Assembly: GCA_964016885.1 (NCBI GenBank)
Contig: OZ024764.1
Coordinates: forward strand, 27,776,001-27,840,000
Direction of reading: 5' to 3'
DNA from: Eledone cirrhosa
Lineage: Eukaryota
DNA length: 64,000 bases
Shown piece by piece: positions 38,689-51,800 of the stretch (position 1 is its first letter; each line of letters starts with the position of its first letter). The notes beneath the pieces are model-generated. The model searched no databases. It was not told where the DNA came from and worked only from the letters and a program-made list of their open reading frames with translations. A program made the position numbers and the translations under genes.

Positions 38689-39973
38689 TCTTGAATATGT
38701 CTAACGTAGCAATAATTGGAGCTACTTAACCAAGTTTTCCCAACCTAGTCGATGTCACCTACTGGTTGGCGATTTAAACTGTTGGCTGGGACAATGACCA
38801 ACTAATCAGTCAGATTCGAACTCACTATGTCTGGCATATATTTTATATTTTATATTTGAATGACATTCTGTAAGTAACCTGGTGGCTTAGATGGCAATAC
38901 TGCTCGAATAGATGGCTTCTATTATGAAGTTATAAGTTCATTCCCTATCCAGGATTGTAGAATTAATTTTATTTAGTTATTATTTAATCAATTGTTTTAA
39001 CAAACAAATTATATCTATAAAACGCCAAATATAGTGAGTTCAAATCTGACTGACATGCATGGTATATATTTATGTTTCATTATACAACGACACAATACAC
39101 AGGAACTTATAAAGATATGTATATATTGTCCAGGAGTTTCGAGTTTAGTGGGAATTGGTACAACTCTCAATTGGAGCTAGTTCCTGCAAGATCAGCATAA
39201 ATAATGTTATACCTTTTCATGAAATCTTGCACACCCGATGTTTTATACATGATTATTTAAAGGTGAACAAAAACCAAAGAACATTGTGCAGCATTTCTCA
39301 ACCTTTCTACCCATGTCGATCTCTTGAAATAGTTTTTATGTCTCAGGGATGCCCTGCATAAAATATACTTTTTCTATCTCTAGAGCAGTGGTTCCCAAAT
39401 CGTGTGCTGCGAGATGAAACAAGATGAGCTGCAAAAGACTAAGATTAAGTTTTAAGATGTGAAAAATATAAAACTGAAATTTCATATAAAAGTTCAAATA
39501 TAGCTACAGCCACAAACCTAGGCTCCACACCCCGCAATGCAAAGGATAGTAAGATAGTACCAAGGCCTGACTCACCTCTTCCACTCCATTGAGACCTCTG
39601 CCATACTTAGTCCCTGTACTGCTGATTTCCTCCATAAAGTCGGGAGGAAAGACGACAGGAGCCTCATGAGGAGGGGCGACTATTGTAGCAGGTGTCTCTG
39701 GCCTTGCTCCGAGGTAACGCTTTTACGTTTCTTCCACAGGTTGCGGCTGAGGGACCACTTAGACTGGGGTGAAGTGTCTGTCCCTCCCCCGACTTCTTAC
39801 TTCTTTTTTTTTCTCATTTTCATTTTCTTTTCTCTTCTTGCTTATCTCTGCTATACCACGGCATCAAAAACATATATGATATGTGTATGTATGGTATAGG
39901 TGTATTTATATTTAGGATAGTTATCAAAGGTAAATAGACTGGTTGAAGCAATAACAGTCTTGTTTATGTATAT

Positions 39974-40005
<32 letters not shown>

Positions 40006-40111
40006 CTGTTTGTTCTTGTATTTCCATAGAAAAGGTAAAGAAAAGAAGAATGCTCTATGTATTGTACAGAGCTATTTAATTACATAATAAACAACAGAAT
40101 ATAATTATTCC

Positions 40112-40362
40112 ATGCAAATAGACTTAGACTGGAAAACATTCAGACAGAGAAGAATGGATAATGAGCGTCGTAAGAGAAATTGGCCAACAATTAATATTAA
40201 TGGAAATGTAGAAGGATTTCATATTAGTGATATGAATGTTTCGTGTGATCACTGTGGAGCTTTGAAATTTAGAAATGAAAATTGTAACTGTTGTAATAAA
40301 GGAAAGGTTGTGTTGCCACCATTGCAAATATACCCTGAGAGACTGAGAAATCTCTTTGAAAG
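40112..40362 (+). pseudogene. Helitron N-terminal stub truncated by fold-back (also 42798-43048 and 58013-58263)
   Basis: The ORF follows the Helitron to ERLRNLFER and then diverges. Confidence 0.88.
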
Positions 40363-40383
40363 AGATTTCTCAGTCTCTCAGGG

Positions 40384-41185
40384 TATATATTCCCGCCGTT
40401 GAAATAAAAATTTTAATAGAAAAACAGCGGGAATATATGTTACAACCCAATCTATATATATTTAGGTTGTAACATATATTCCCGCCGTTGAAATAAAAAT
40501 TTTAATAGGAAAACGGCGGGAACATATGTTACAACCCAATCTATATATATTTGGGTTGTAACATATATTCCCGCCGTTGAAATAAAAATTTTAATAGAAA
40601 AACGGCGGGAATATATGTTACAGCCCAATCTATATATATTTGGGTTTTAACATATATTCCCGCCGTTGAAATAAACATTTTAATAGAAAAACGGCGGGAA
40701 TATATGTTACAACCCAATCTACATATATTTGGGTTGTAACATATATTCCCGCCGTTGAAATAAAAATTTTAATAGAAAAACGGCGGGAATATATGTTACA
40801 ACCCAATCTACATATATTTGGGTTGTAACATATATTCCCGCCGTTGAAATAAAAATTTTAACATAAAAACGGCGGGAATATATATTACAACCCAAACATA
40901 TATAGGTTGGGTTGTAACATATATTCCCGCCGTTTTTCTATTAAAATTTTTATTTCAACGGCGGGAATATATGTTACAACCCCAAAATATGTAGCTTGGA
41001 TTGTAACATATATTCCCGCCGTTTTTCTATTAAAATTTTTATTTCAACGGCGGGAATATATGTTACAACTCAAATATATAGAGATTGGGTTGTAACATAT
41101 ATTCCCGCCGTTTTTCTATTAAAATTTTTATTTCACCGGCAGGAATATGTTACAACCCAAATATATATATATTCAGTTGTAACAT
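40384..41185. mobile_element. Tandem array of a 78-bp Made1-like Tc1/mariner MITE (89-bp period, 6 forward + 3 reverse units)
   Basis: 28-bp TIR TTGGGTTGTAACATATATTCCCGCCGTT, a 22-bp core, and 11-bp TA-rich spacers. Confidence 0.75.
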
Positions 41186-42659
41186 GGGTTACATATAAGG
41201 TCTCATTTTTTTTCTTTTCTTTCTTTCAGTTTTCTTCTTATCTCTAGATATAAATATATATACATAAGGTAACTTGGTAGAATTGTTAGAACATCAGATA
41301 GAATTCTTTGCAGTATTTTTCCAGTTCTTTACTCTGAGTTCAACTTTACCTTTCTTCCATTCGGTGTCGATAAGTCTTGAATATGTCTAACGTAGCAATA
41401 ATTGGAGCTACTTAACCAAGTTTTCCCAACCTAGTCGATGTCACCTACTGGTTGGCGATTTAAACTGTTGGCTGGGACAATGACCAACTAATCAGTCAGA
41501 TTCGAACTCACTATGTCTGGCATATATTTTATATTTTATATTTGAATGACATTCTGTAAGTAACCTGGTGGCTTAGATGGCAATACTGCTCGAATAGATG
41601 GCTTCTATTATGAAGTTATAAGTTCATTCCCTATCCAGGATTGTAGAATTAATTTTATTTAGTTATTATTTAATCAATTGTTTTAACAAACAAATTATAT
41701 CTATAAAACGCCAAATATAGTGAGTTCAAATCTGACTGACATGCATGGTATATATTTATGTTTCATTATACAACGACACAATACACAGGAACTTATAAAG
41801 ATATGTATATATTGTCCAGGAGTTTCGAGTTTAGTGGGAATTGGTACAACTCTCAATTGGAGCTAGTTCCTGCAAGATCAGCATAAATAATGTTATACCT
41901 TTTCATGAAATCTTGCACACCCGATGTTTTATACATGATTATTTAAAGGTGAACAAAAACCAAAGAACATTGTGCAGCATTTCTCAACCTTTCTACCCAT
42001 GTCGATCTCTTGAAATAGTTTTTATGTCTCAGGGATGCCCTGCATAAAATATACTTTTTCTATCTCTAGAGCAGTGGTTCCCAAATCGTGTGCTGCGAGA
42101 TGAAACAAGATGAGCTGCAAAAGACTAAGATTAAGTTTTAAGATGTGAAAAATATAAAACTGAAATTTCATATAAAAGTTCAAATATAGCTACAGCCACA
42201 AACCTAGGCTCCACACCCCGCAATGCAAAGGATAGTAAGATAGTACCAAGGCCTGACTCACCTCTTCCACTCCATTGAGACCTCTGCCATACTTAGTCCC
42301 TGTACTGCTGATTTCCTCCATAAAGTCGGGAGGAAAGACGACAGGAGCCTCATGAGGAGGGGCGACTATTGTAGCAGGTGTCTCTGGCCTTGCTCCGAGG
42401 TAACGCTTTTACGTTTCTTCCACAGGTTGCGGCTGAGGGACCACTTAGACTGGGGTGAAGTGTCTGTCCCTCCCCCGACTTCTTACTTCTTTTTTTTTCT
42501 CATTTTCATTTTCTTTTCTCTTCTTGCTTATCTCTGCTATACCACGGCATCAAAAACATATATGATATGTGTATGTATGGTATAGGTGTATTTATATTTA
42601 GGATAGTTATCAAAGGTAAATAGACTGGTTGAAGCAATAACAGTCTTGTTTATGTATAT

Positions 42660-42691
<32 letters not shown>

Positions 42692-43069
42692 CTGTTTGTT
42701 CTTGTATTTCCATAGAAAAGGTAAAGAAAAGAAGAATGCTCTATGTATTGTACAGAGCTATTTAATTACATAATAAACAACAGAATATAATTATTCCATG
42801 CAAATAGACTTAGACTGGAAAACATTCAGACAGAGAAGAATGGATAATGAGCGTCGTAAGAGAAATTGGCCAACAATTAATATTAATGGAAATGTAGAAG
42901 GATTTCATATTAGTGATATGAATGTTTCGTGTGATCACTGTGGAGCTTTGAAATTTAGAAATGAAAATTGTAACTGTTGTAATAAAGGAAAGGTTGTGTT
43001 GCCACCATTGCAAATATACCCTGAGAGACTGAGAAATCTCTTTGAAAGAGATTTCTCAGTCTCTCAGGG

Positions 43070-43871
43070 TATATATTCCCGCCGTTGAAATAAAAATTTT
43101 AATAGAAAAACAGCGGGAATATATGTTACAACCCAATCTATATATATTTAGGTTGTAACATATATTCCCGCCGTTGAAATAAAAATTTTAATAGGAAAAC
43201 GGCGGGAACATATGTTACAACCCAATCTATATATATTTGGGTTGTAACATATATTCCCGCCGTTGAAATAAAAATTTTAATAGAAAAACGGCGGGAATAT
43301 ATGTTACAGCCCAATCTATATATATTTGGGTTTTAACATATATTCCCGCCGTTGAAATAAACATTTTAATAGAAAAACGGCGGGAATATATGTTACAACC
43401 CAATCTACATATATTTGGGTTGTAACATATATTCCCGCCGTTGAAATAAAAATTTTAATAGAAAAACGGCGGGAATATATGTTACAACCCAATCTACATA
43501 TATTTGGGTTGTAACATATATTCCCGCCGTTGAAATAAAAATTTTAACATAAAAACGGCGGGAATATATATTACAACCCAAACATATATAGGTTGGGTTG
43601 TAACATATATTCCCGCCGTTTTTCTATTAAAATTTTTATTTCAACGGCGGGAATATATGTTACAACCCCAAAATATGTAGCTTGGATTGTAACATATATT
43701 CCCGCCGTTTTTCTATTAAAATTTTTATTTCAACGGCGGGAATATATGTTACAACTCAAATATATAGAGATTGGGTTGTAACATATATTCCCGCCGTTTT
43801 TCTATTAAAATTTTTATTTCACCGGCAGGAATATGTTACAACCCAAATATATATATATTCAGTTGTAACAT
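43070..43871. mobile_element. Made1-like MITE array, copy 2 (6+3 units)
   Basis: Appears identical to 40384-41185. Confidence 0.75.
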
Positions 43872-45330
43872 GGGTTACATATAAGGTCTCATTTTTTTTC
43901 TTTTCTTTCTTTCAGTTTTCTTCTTATCTCTAGATATAAATATATATACATAAGGTAACTTGGTAGAATTGTTAGAACATCAGATAGAATTCTTTGCAGT
44001 ATTTTTCCAGTTCTTTACTCTGAGTTCAACTTTACCTTTCTTCCATTCAGTGTCGATAAGTCTTGAATATGTCTAACGTAGCAATAACTGGAGCTACTTA
44101 ACCAAGTTTTCCTAACCTAGTCGATGTCACCTACTGGTTGGCGATTTAAACTGTTGGCTGCGACAATGACCAACTAATCAGTCAGATTCGAACTCACTAT
44201 GTCTGGCATATATTTTATATTTTATATTTGAATGAAGTTCTGTAAGTAACCTGGTGGCTTAGATGGCAATACTGCTCGAATAGATGGCTTCTAGTTCATT
44301 CCCTATCCAGGATTGTAGAATTAATTTTATTTAGTTATTATTTAATCAATTGTTTTAACAAACAAATTATATCTATAAAACGCCAAATATAGTGAGTTCA
44401 AATCTGACTGACATGCATGGTATATATTTATGTTTCATTATACAGCGACACAATACACAGGAACTTATAAAGATATGTATATATTGTCCAGGAGTTTCGA
44501 GTTTAGTGGGAATTGGTACAACTCTCAGTTGGAGCTAGTCCCTGCAAGATCAGCATAAATAATGTTATACCTTTTCATGAAATCTTGCACACCCGATATT
44601 TTATACATGATTATTTAAAGGTGAACAAAAACCAAAGAACATTGTGCAGCATTCTCAACCTTTCTACCCATGTCGATCTCTTGAAATAGTTTTTATGTCT
44701 CAGGGAAGCCCTGCATAAAATATACTTTTTCTATCTCTAGAGCAGTGGTTCCCAAATCGTGTGCTGAGAGATGAAACAAGATGAGCTGCAAAAGACTAAG
44801 ATTAAGTTTTATGATGTGAAAAATATAAAACTGAAATTTCATATAAAAGTTCAAATATAGCTACAGCCACAAACCTAGGCTCCACACCCCGCAATGCAGA
44901 GGATAGTAAGATAGTACCAAGGCCTGACTCACCTCTTCCACTCCATTGAGACCTCTGCCATACTTGGTCCCTGTACTGCTGATTTCCTCCATAAAGTCGG
45001 GAGGAAAGACGACAGGAGCTTCATGAGGAGGGGCGACTATTGTAGCAGGTGTCTCTGGCCTTGCTCTGAGGTAACGCTTTTACGTTTCTTCCACAGGTTG
45101 CGGCTGAGGGACCACTTAGACTGGGGTGAAGTGTCTGTCCCTCCCCCGACTTCTTACTTCTTTTTTTTTCTCATTTTCATTTTCTTTTCTCTTCTTGCTT
45201 ATCTCTGCTATACCACGGCATCAAAAACATATATGATATATGTATGTATGGTATAGGTGTATTTATATTTAGGATAGTTATCAAAGGTAAATAGACTGGT
45301 TGGAGCAATAACAGTCTTGTTTATGTATGT

Positions 45331-45375
<45 letters not shown>

Positions 45376-46236
45376 TGTTCTTGTATTTCCATAGAAAAGG
45401 TAAAGAAAAGAAGAATGCTCTATGTATTGTACAGAGCTATTTAATTACATAATAAACAACAGAATATAATTATTCCATGCAAATAGACTTAGAATGGAAA
45501 ACATTCAGACAGAGAAGAATGGATAATGAGCGTCGTAAGAGAAATTGGCCAACAATTAATATTAATGGAAATGTAGAAGAATTTCATATTAGTGATATGA
45601 ATGTTTCGTGTGATCACTGTGGAGCTTTGAAATTTAGAAATGAAAATTGTAACTGTTGTAATAAAGGAAAGGTAGTGTTGCCACCATTGCAAATATACCC
45701 TGAGAGACTGAGAAATCTCTTTGAAAGAGGCCAGGAAGCAGTTGATTTCACAGAAACATCTGCAATTAAAACTACATTTATTTCACTTCATTTGGTGTTA
45801 CCACCCGGCAGAGGCCCGTATAGATTTCATATTCAGGGTCAAACATATCAATACACACCCATCTCTGTAACCTGCAGAAAATACACCACAATATGGCCAG
45901 TTATATATTATTGATGGGAACGAAGGTGTGTAGCACAGATTGGAAGTACAACCAAATAATTGTTTCTGGCACAAGGCCAGCAATTACTGGTACTTTATTC
46001 TATCGACCTCATAAGGATGAAAACAAAGTCAACCTTAGAGGGATTTGAACCCAGAACGTAAAGGGCCATAACCCTATGCTGCAAAGCATGGTGTCTGACG
46101 CTCTACCGATACTGCCAATCCACTGCCCTAGTCCCAACAAATAATGACTGCTCACCACAAAAAATGGCTATGATAAGAGAGGTGTTGCATGAATATAATC
46201 CATATGTCGAAGTGTACAATACAATGCATGGCATCA

Positions 46237-47788
46237 CAAATGAATATATATATATATACTACTAAAGTGTATGTAAAATTTTAAAATAAATACTTAAATT
46301 CAATTTGTATAATTACACATACAATATGTTTTGTTGTAAAACCCTAAATAATGATTTAAGAAATGATGTCAATCTCTTTGTACAGAGAAAAACAATTTAT
46401 ATATATGCATCGTGTGCGCGTGTATACTCCATTTAAGACAGCGAAAAACCTAGTACCTCCTTCAAAGAATGCCAAATAGTTTATGCCTAAGGTGTAACAC
46501 TAATTAAGTTACTGGTATAGATATTTCAGTTGAACCCTGCTTCAAACATGCATATTATTATTATATATTTTCAAACACACTTACATACATTATATTTATA
46601 CACATAGAAATGTTAAAACTAAAGTATAATGATATAACAACAGTATATAATAGTTTTCTTCACTTTATTGAGATGCAATCGTTTTAAAGAAAAAACATGA
46701 CAGTATAAGAAATATTTAATATGATAACATAATATTTCAGGTAGGATGGTGGTTTCTCTTTGAACTAATAATTGTTTCTACTTTAGGCACAAGGCCAGCA
46801 ATTAACCAGTACATTACTGGTACTTTATTTTATCGACCCCGTAAGGATGAAAGGCAAAGTTAACCTCGGATCGTAAAGGGACGTAACTATGCTGGAAAGC
46901 ATGGCGTCAGACCCTCTACCGATACTGCCAATTCACCATACAGTATAATTATACAAATATGCATATAGATAGCAATATATATACACTAATATGTATGTAC
47001 ATATTTATACATATATACATATATATAGGGAGAGAGAGAGACACATGTATGTATATATATATATACACATGCGTGTATGTATGTGTTTATGTACATTCTT
47101 CGGTATATATATATGAGTCACGGTTTATTACACATTGGAGACACAGAGAGAAAGAGTTGAAACGAGAGGTGAGAGAGTTGAAACAAGAGAGGAGAGAGTT
47201 GAAACGAGAAAAGAGAGAGAGAGTTGAAACGAGAGGAGAGAGAGAGAGAGTTGTAACGAGAGGAGAGAGAGAGAGAGAGTTGAAACGAGAGGAGAGAGAG
47301 TTGAAACGAGGAGAGAGTTGAAACAAGAGGGTGAGGGGAGAGAGGGGAGAGAGTGATGAAACGAGTCGGAGATAGAGTGTGAAAGAGAGAGAGAGAGGAA
47401 GAGAGAGAGAGAGAGGAAGAGAGAGAGAGAGGGAGAGAAAGAGAGAGAGAGGAAGAGAGAGAGAGGAAGAGAGAGAGAGGAAGAGGGAGAGGGGGGATGA
47501 AACAAGAGGGTGAGGGATGAAACAAGAGAGAGAGGGGAGAGAAAGAGAGAGGGGAGAGAAAGAGAGAGGGGAGAGAAAGAGAGAGAGAGAGAGAGAACGA
47601 ATTGAAACAAGAGAGAGATGAAACAAGTGAGGGATTAGAGTGTTGAAACAAGAGAGAGAGGAAGAGAGAGAGAGAGCAAGATGGAACGAGAGAGAGAGAG
47701 CGAGATGAAATGAGAGCGAGATGAAACGAGAGAGAGAGAGAGCGAGATGAAATGAGAGAGAGAGAGAGCGAGAGAGAGAGCGAGATGA

Positions 47789-47827
<39 letters not shown>

Positions 47828-48809
47828 TGAAATGAGACAGAGAGAGCGAGATGAAACGAGAGAGAGAGAGAGCGAGATGAAATGAGAGAGTGAGTGCGAG
47901 ATGAAATGAGAGAGAGTGAGAGCGACATGAAATGAGAGAGAGAGAGCGAGATGAAACGAGAGAGAGAGAGAGCGAGATGAAATGAGAGAGAGTCAGAGCG
48001 AGATGAAATGAGAGAGTGAGAGCGAGATGAAATGAGAGAGAGAGAGCGAGATGAAATGAGAGAGAGTGAGAGCGAGATGAAATGAGAGAGAGAGGAAACG
48101 AGACTAGAGAGCGAGATGAAACAGGAGAGAGAGAGCGAGATGAAACAGGAGAGAGAGAGCGAGATGAAACGAGAGGGAGAGAGAGATGAAATGAGAGAGC
48201 GAGAGAGAGATAGAGGGAGATGAAACGACAGAGAGAGAGACAGATGAAACGAGAGAGAGAAATAGAGATGAAACGAGAGAGAGTGATGAAACGAGAGAGA
48301 GGAAGAGAGAGATGGAACGAGAGAGAGGAAGAGAGAGATGGAACGAGAGAGAGGAAGACAGAGATGAAATGAGAGAGAGGAAGACAGAGATGAAACGAGA
48401 GAGAGAGAGAGCGAGATGAAACGAGAGAGAGAGAGCGCGAGATGAAACTCTGTCATGTAATGTTATGGACATATCTGCCCCTGGGGCTAATAATTGTCAT
48501 GTAATGTTATGGTCATCTCTGCCCCTGTGGTTAATAATTCTGTCATGTAATGTTATGGTCATGTCTGCACCTGTGGCTAATAAATCTGTCATGTAATGTT
48601 ATGGTCATCTCTGCCCCTGTGGCTAATAATTCTGTCATGTAATGTTATGGACATCTCTGCCCCTGTGGCTAATAATTCTGACATGTAATGTTATGGACAT
48701 CTCTGCCCCGGTGGCTAATAATTCTGACATGTAATGTTATGGACATCTCTGCCCCTGTGGCTAATAATTCTGACATGTAATGTTATGGACATTGCTATCT
48801 TGTTTCATC
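46237..48809. mobile_element. Insert carrying AT-rich DNA, a SINE and one composite-satellite monomer
   Basis: Absent from H1-H3. TCA is present at both junctions. GA block at ~47143-48448 and 46-mer array at ~48449-48792. Confidence 0.85.
46771..46938 (-). mobile_element. Octopus-type SINE within the insert (copy ~61808-61975)
   Basis: TACTGGTACTTTATTTTATCGACCCCGTAAGGATGAAAGGCAAAGT...CGATACTGCCAATTCACC. Confidence 0.8.
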
Positions 48810-51800
48810 TCAAACAGCAAAGTGCAAGAAGAGAAAATTGTCGTGTACAGAACTGTGAATTAAGATTTAGAAGAGGATCAGATATGAGCTGCTCTAATTT
48901 ACCAACTAGTAATGATAGCTGTTGTTTTGTGGGGGATTGAGGGCACACCACCTGTACAAAGAGATATTATCATCTTTCCTAAAGACCATCCTCCTCAGAA
49001 AATACCACATAATGCATGCCACTTGGACCTCATGACCGACCGATAATGGTGAATTTTGGTGGCATAGTGCCATGGAGAGGAATGTAGGACCTGTGTTTGC
49101 AATAGACTGACAATGCAGGAGTATTACATATACTGTATAGCATATAGAGGAGGATTTAGTGCGATATATAGGGCAGGTAAATTATTTTAGCAGTATTTAG
49201 TGGATGCCTATATGAAAGTAGAGGGATGCAGGCTTCAATATTTGAGGAACAATCAAGCCCAATTGTGAGTGGATGAGTATAATGGTTTAATGAATTATCT
49301 AAACAGATGATAACACTGAGCCTTAAAAAATGAAGACAAGATAAGAAACAGAGAAGACATTGACAGAATCGTGTCAGCAGAAATACCTGCATTGGAAGAT
49401 GATCCAGTACTACATGAGCAGGTTTAAAAGTTTATGATCCACAGGCCATGTGGTTCTGGAAACCCTTTTCCCCCATTTATACAAAATGGATTTTTCAAAA
49501 AGAACTATCCAAAAACCTACAGAAGGGAAACATTATTGAACCTAAATGGATACCCAGAGTACAGGAGGTGCAAGACAGGAACTGCAGTGTAAATTGGATG
49601 ACATTCAGTAGATAACAGGAATGTTATGCCATTTAATGCCTTTTTGCTTAAGAAATATTGTGCACATATTAATGTTGAAGTTTGCGCTTCTGTAAAAAGT
49701 GTCAAGTACCTCTTTAAATATGTTACATGGGGCATGATTGTACATCTATAGAAGTAACGAATAATGCATTACCTAATGAGGCTCAGAACCAACACAACCA
49801 TGATGAAATAAGAACCTATCTTTGTTGCAGGTATGTGTCTCAGCCAGAAGCAGTGTCGTGTCTCTCGGAATTTAAGCTTCATGGTACATCACATACAGTA
49901 TACAGCCTAGCCACACACCTGGAGAACAAACAGAGTTTACTTTCAAAGAGGCAATGCTCAGGTTGTGGTAGAAATGCAGGGACCCTTGCTGCCTGGTTCA
50001 AGCTAAATGAACTTGCTTACACCTTCTGGGATGCCGCCTCACTAACTCCAATTATAAGCAGGATCAATAATAATGCTTCTATGGAATATTTCAATCCAGA
50101 ACAGATTATGTAATGGCACAAGATTAGAAGTAGTAGAACTGCATAAACATTTTATCAAAGCTTCTCATATCTATGGTCCTTTGATGGGCAGGTGTGTTTT
50201 GATCCCAAGACTGAAGTTATCCCCCAGTGGTGCCAACATCCCTTTTACTTTGGAAAGACCCCAGTTTCCATTAAGACTGTCATATGCCATGACAATCAAC
50301 AAGAACCATGGTCAAATACATGATAAAGTGGGTCTGTTCCTCCCTGAGCAAGTATTTAACCCTGGACAATTGTATGTTGCTTTTTCAAGAGTTCACAGAC
50401 AGATGTAAAAATTAATCCTAGCAAACCCCCACCACTCCTACAACTGTTAGCTGTTAGCCCACCCCCAGCACCACCCAACCTCCGTTCTAGTCCCACCGTT
50501 AGAACCAATGCTGCTTACCCTGCCTCTTTTACTAGTTCACTCCGTCGCTCGAATTTCAAAGCTGGCCCTCTACACTTGGTCGTTGCCAGCTCACCACCTG
50601 GTTGTGCTCTCTGTGTCCGCACTAGCCGGTACCTAAACACAATAAAATGTCACCTGTGCTACCAAAACTACCACAGGAACTCTGTCGGCATCAGCAAGGC
50701 TCAAGCCGAAAGGCTTCAATACTAGACCTGTAATCAGGGCCACTTTACCTCCGACGACCAGCTTTCTACCGAGTGTGTGTTGATGGAGGGGACATGAGAC
50801 CAGCAAAGTCCTAGGAGTAGAGACTAGTAAATAATAAACGGTCCTAGCTATGTTAAGAATATATATAAGAAAAATGTTCTATACATTTAAGAAGACAAGA
50901 GAAATAAATATTTACCTCTTTCATGTAGGTAATATAGCGGTGTTATAAAAGTATAATAACTGATGCAGGTAGTTTGTTTCAAACTATAACACATATAACT
51001 CTATCAGTGAAGCCCTTTAGTATAGGTCAACTGGGAAACGATAACACATATAACCCTATCAGTGAAGTCCTTTAGTATAGGTCAACTGGGAAACTATAAC
51101 ACATATAACCCTATCAGTGAAGTCCTTTAGTATAGGTCAACTGGGAAACTATAACACATATAACCCTATCAGTGAAGCCCTCTGGGAAACTATAACACAT
51201 ATAACTCTATCAGTGAAGCCCTTTAGTATAGGTCAACTGGGAAACTATAACACATATAACCCTATCAGTGAAGTCCTTTAGTATAGGTCAACTGGGAAAT
51301 TATAACACATATAACCCTATCAGTGAAGTCCTTTAGTATAGGTCAACTAACAGAAGTATTACGGGTATGGAAAAAATTCTAAATAAGCCTACAACAGTCA
51401 TTGCGGGCCACTCTGACTGGTCAGGTGGGCTCGATTGTGGCCCGCGGGCCGCCTGTTGCACGCCCCTCCTTTAGACAGAATATCTATCACTGTTAAGTAA
51501 TACTGTGATCTGTCGGCTAACTACATTTTCCAGCCTGTGGCGTTTGGGGGAGTCGGGATACTGACTGCGAGATTCCTATCTTCACTGGCGGCTAGCCTGA
51601 CGAAGGTGACTGGTGAAGCTCGTGAGGGCACTTGGTTGTTCCAGCTCCTCAGCCTCGCCATCGCCCGAGGTAACGCTGCAGACGTGCTGGCTTGCCTAAA
51701 AAATCATTAGAGAGGTTTCCCAGTGCTCCTCGCGATACTGTTATCTTTTGCTCTAGTAGCAGCTCGTTTGTCCACCCCTTTCGCCTGCCTTTGGTTGTAT

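Larger units (their letters stand above)
38499..45730 (+). repeat. Tandem duplication, period 2686 bp (two full units plus the intact downstream copy)
   Basis: ORF offsets 39155 to 41841, 39666 to 42352 and 40112 to 42798. Confidence 0.95.
45477..50408 (+). pseudogene. Degenerate Helitron RepHel, copy H6, split by a 2.57-kb insertion
   Basis: The Helitron stops at GGCATCA (46236) and resumes at TCAAACAGCAAAG (48810). Confidence 0.92.

Noticed and set aside
38879-38953. tRNA-like stretch (also ~36973-37010 on the minus strand and ~38440-38505)
   Set aside because: Only degenerate A/B boxes and partial acceptor pairing; no convincing cloverleaf. Probably decayed SINE heads.
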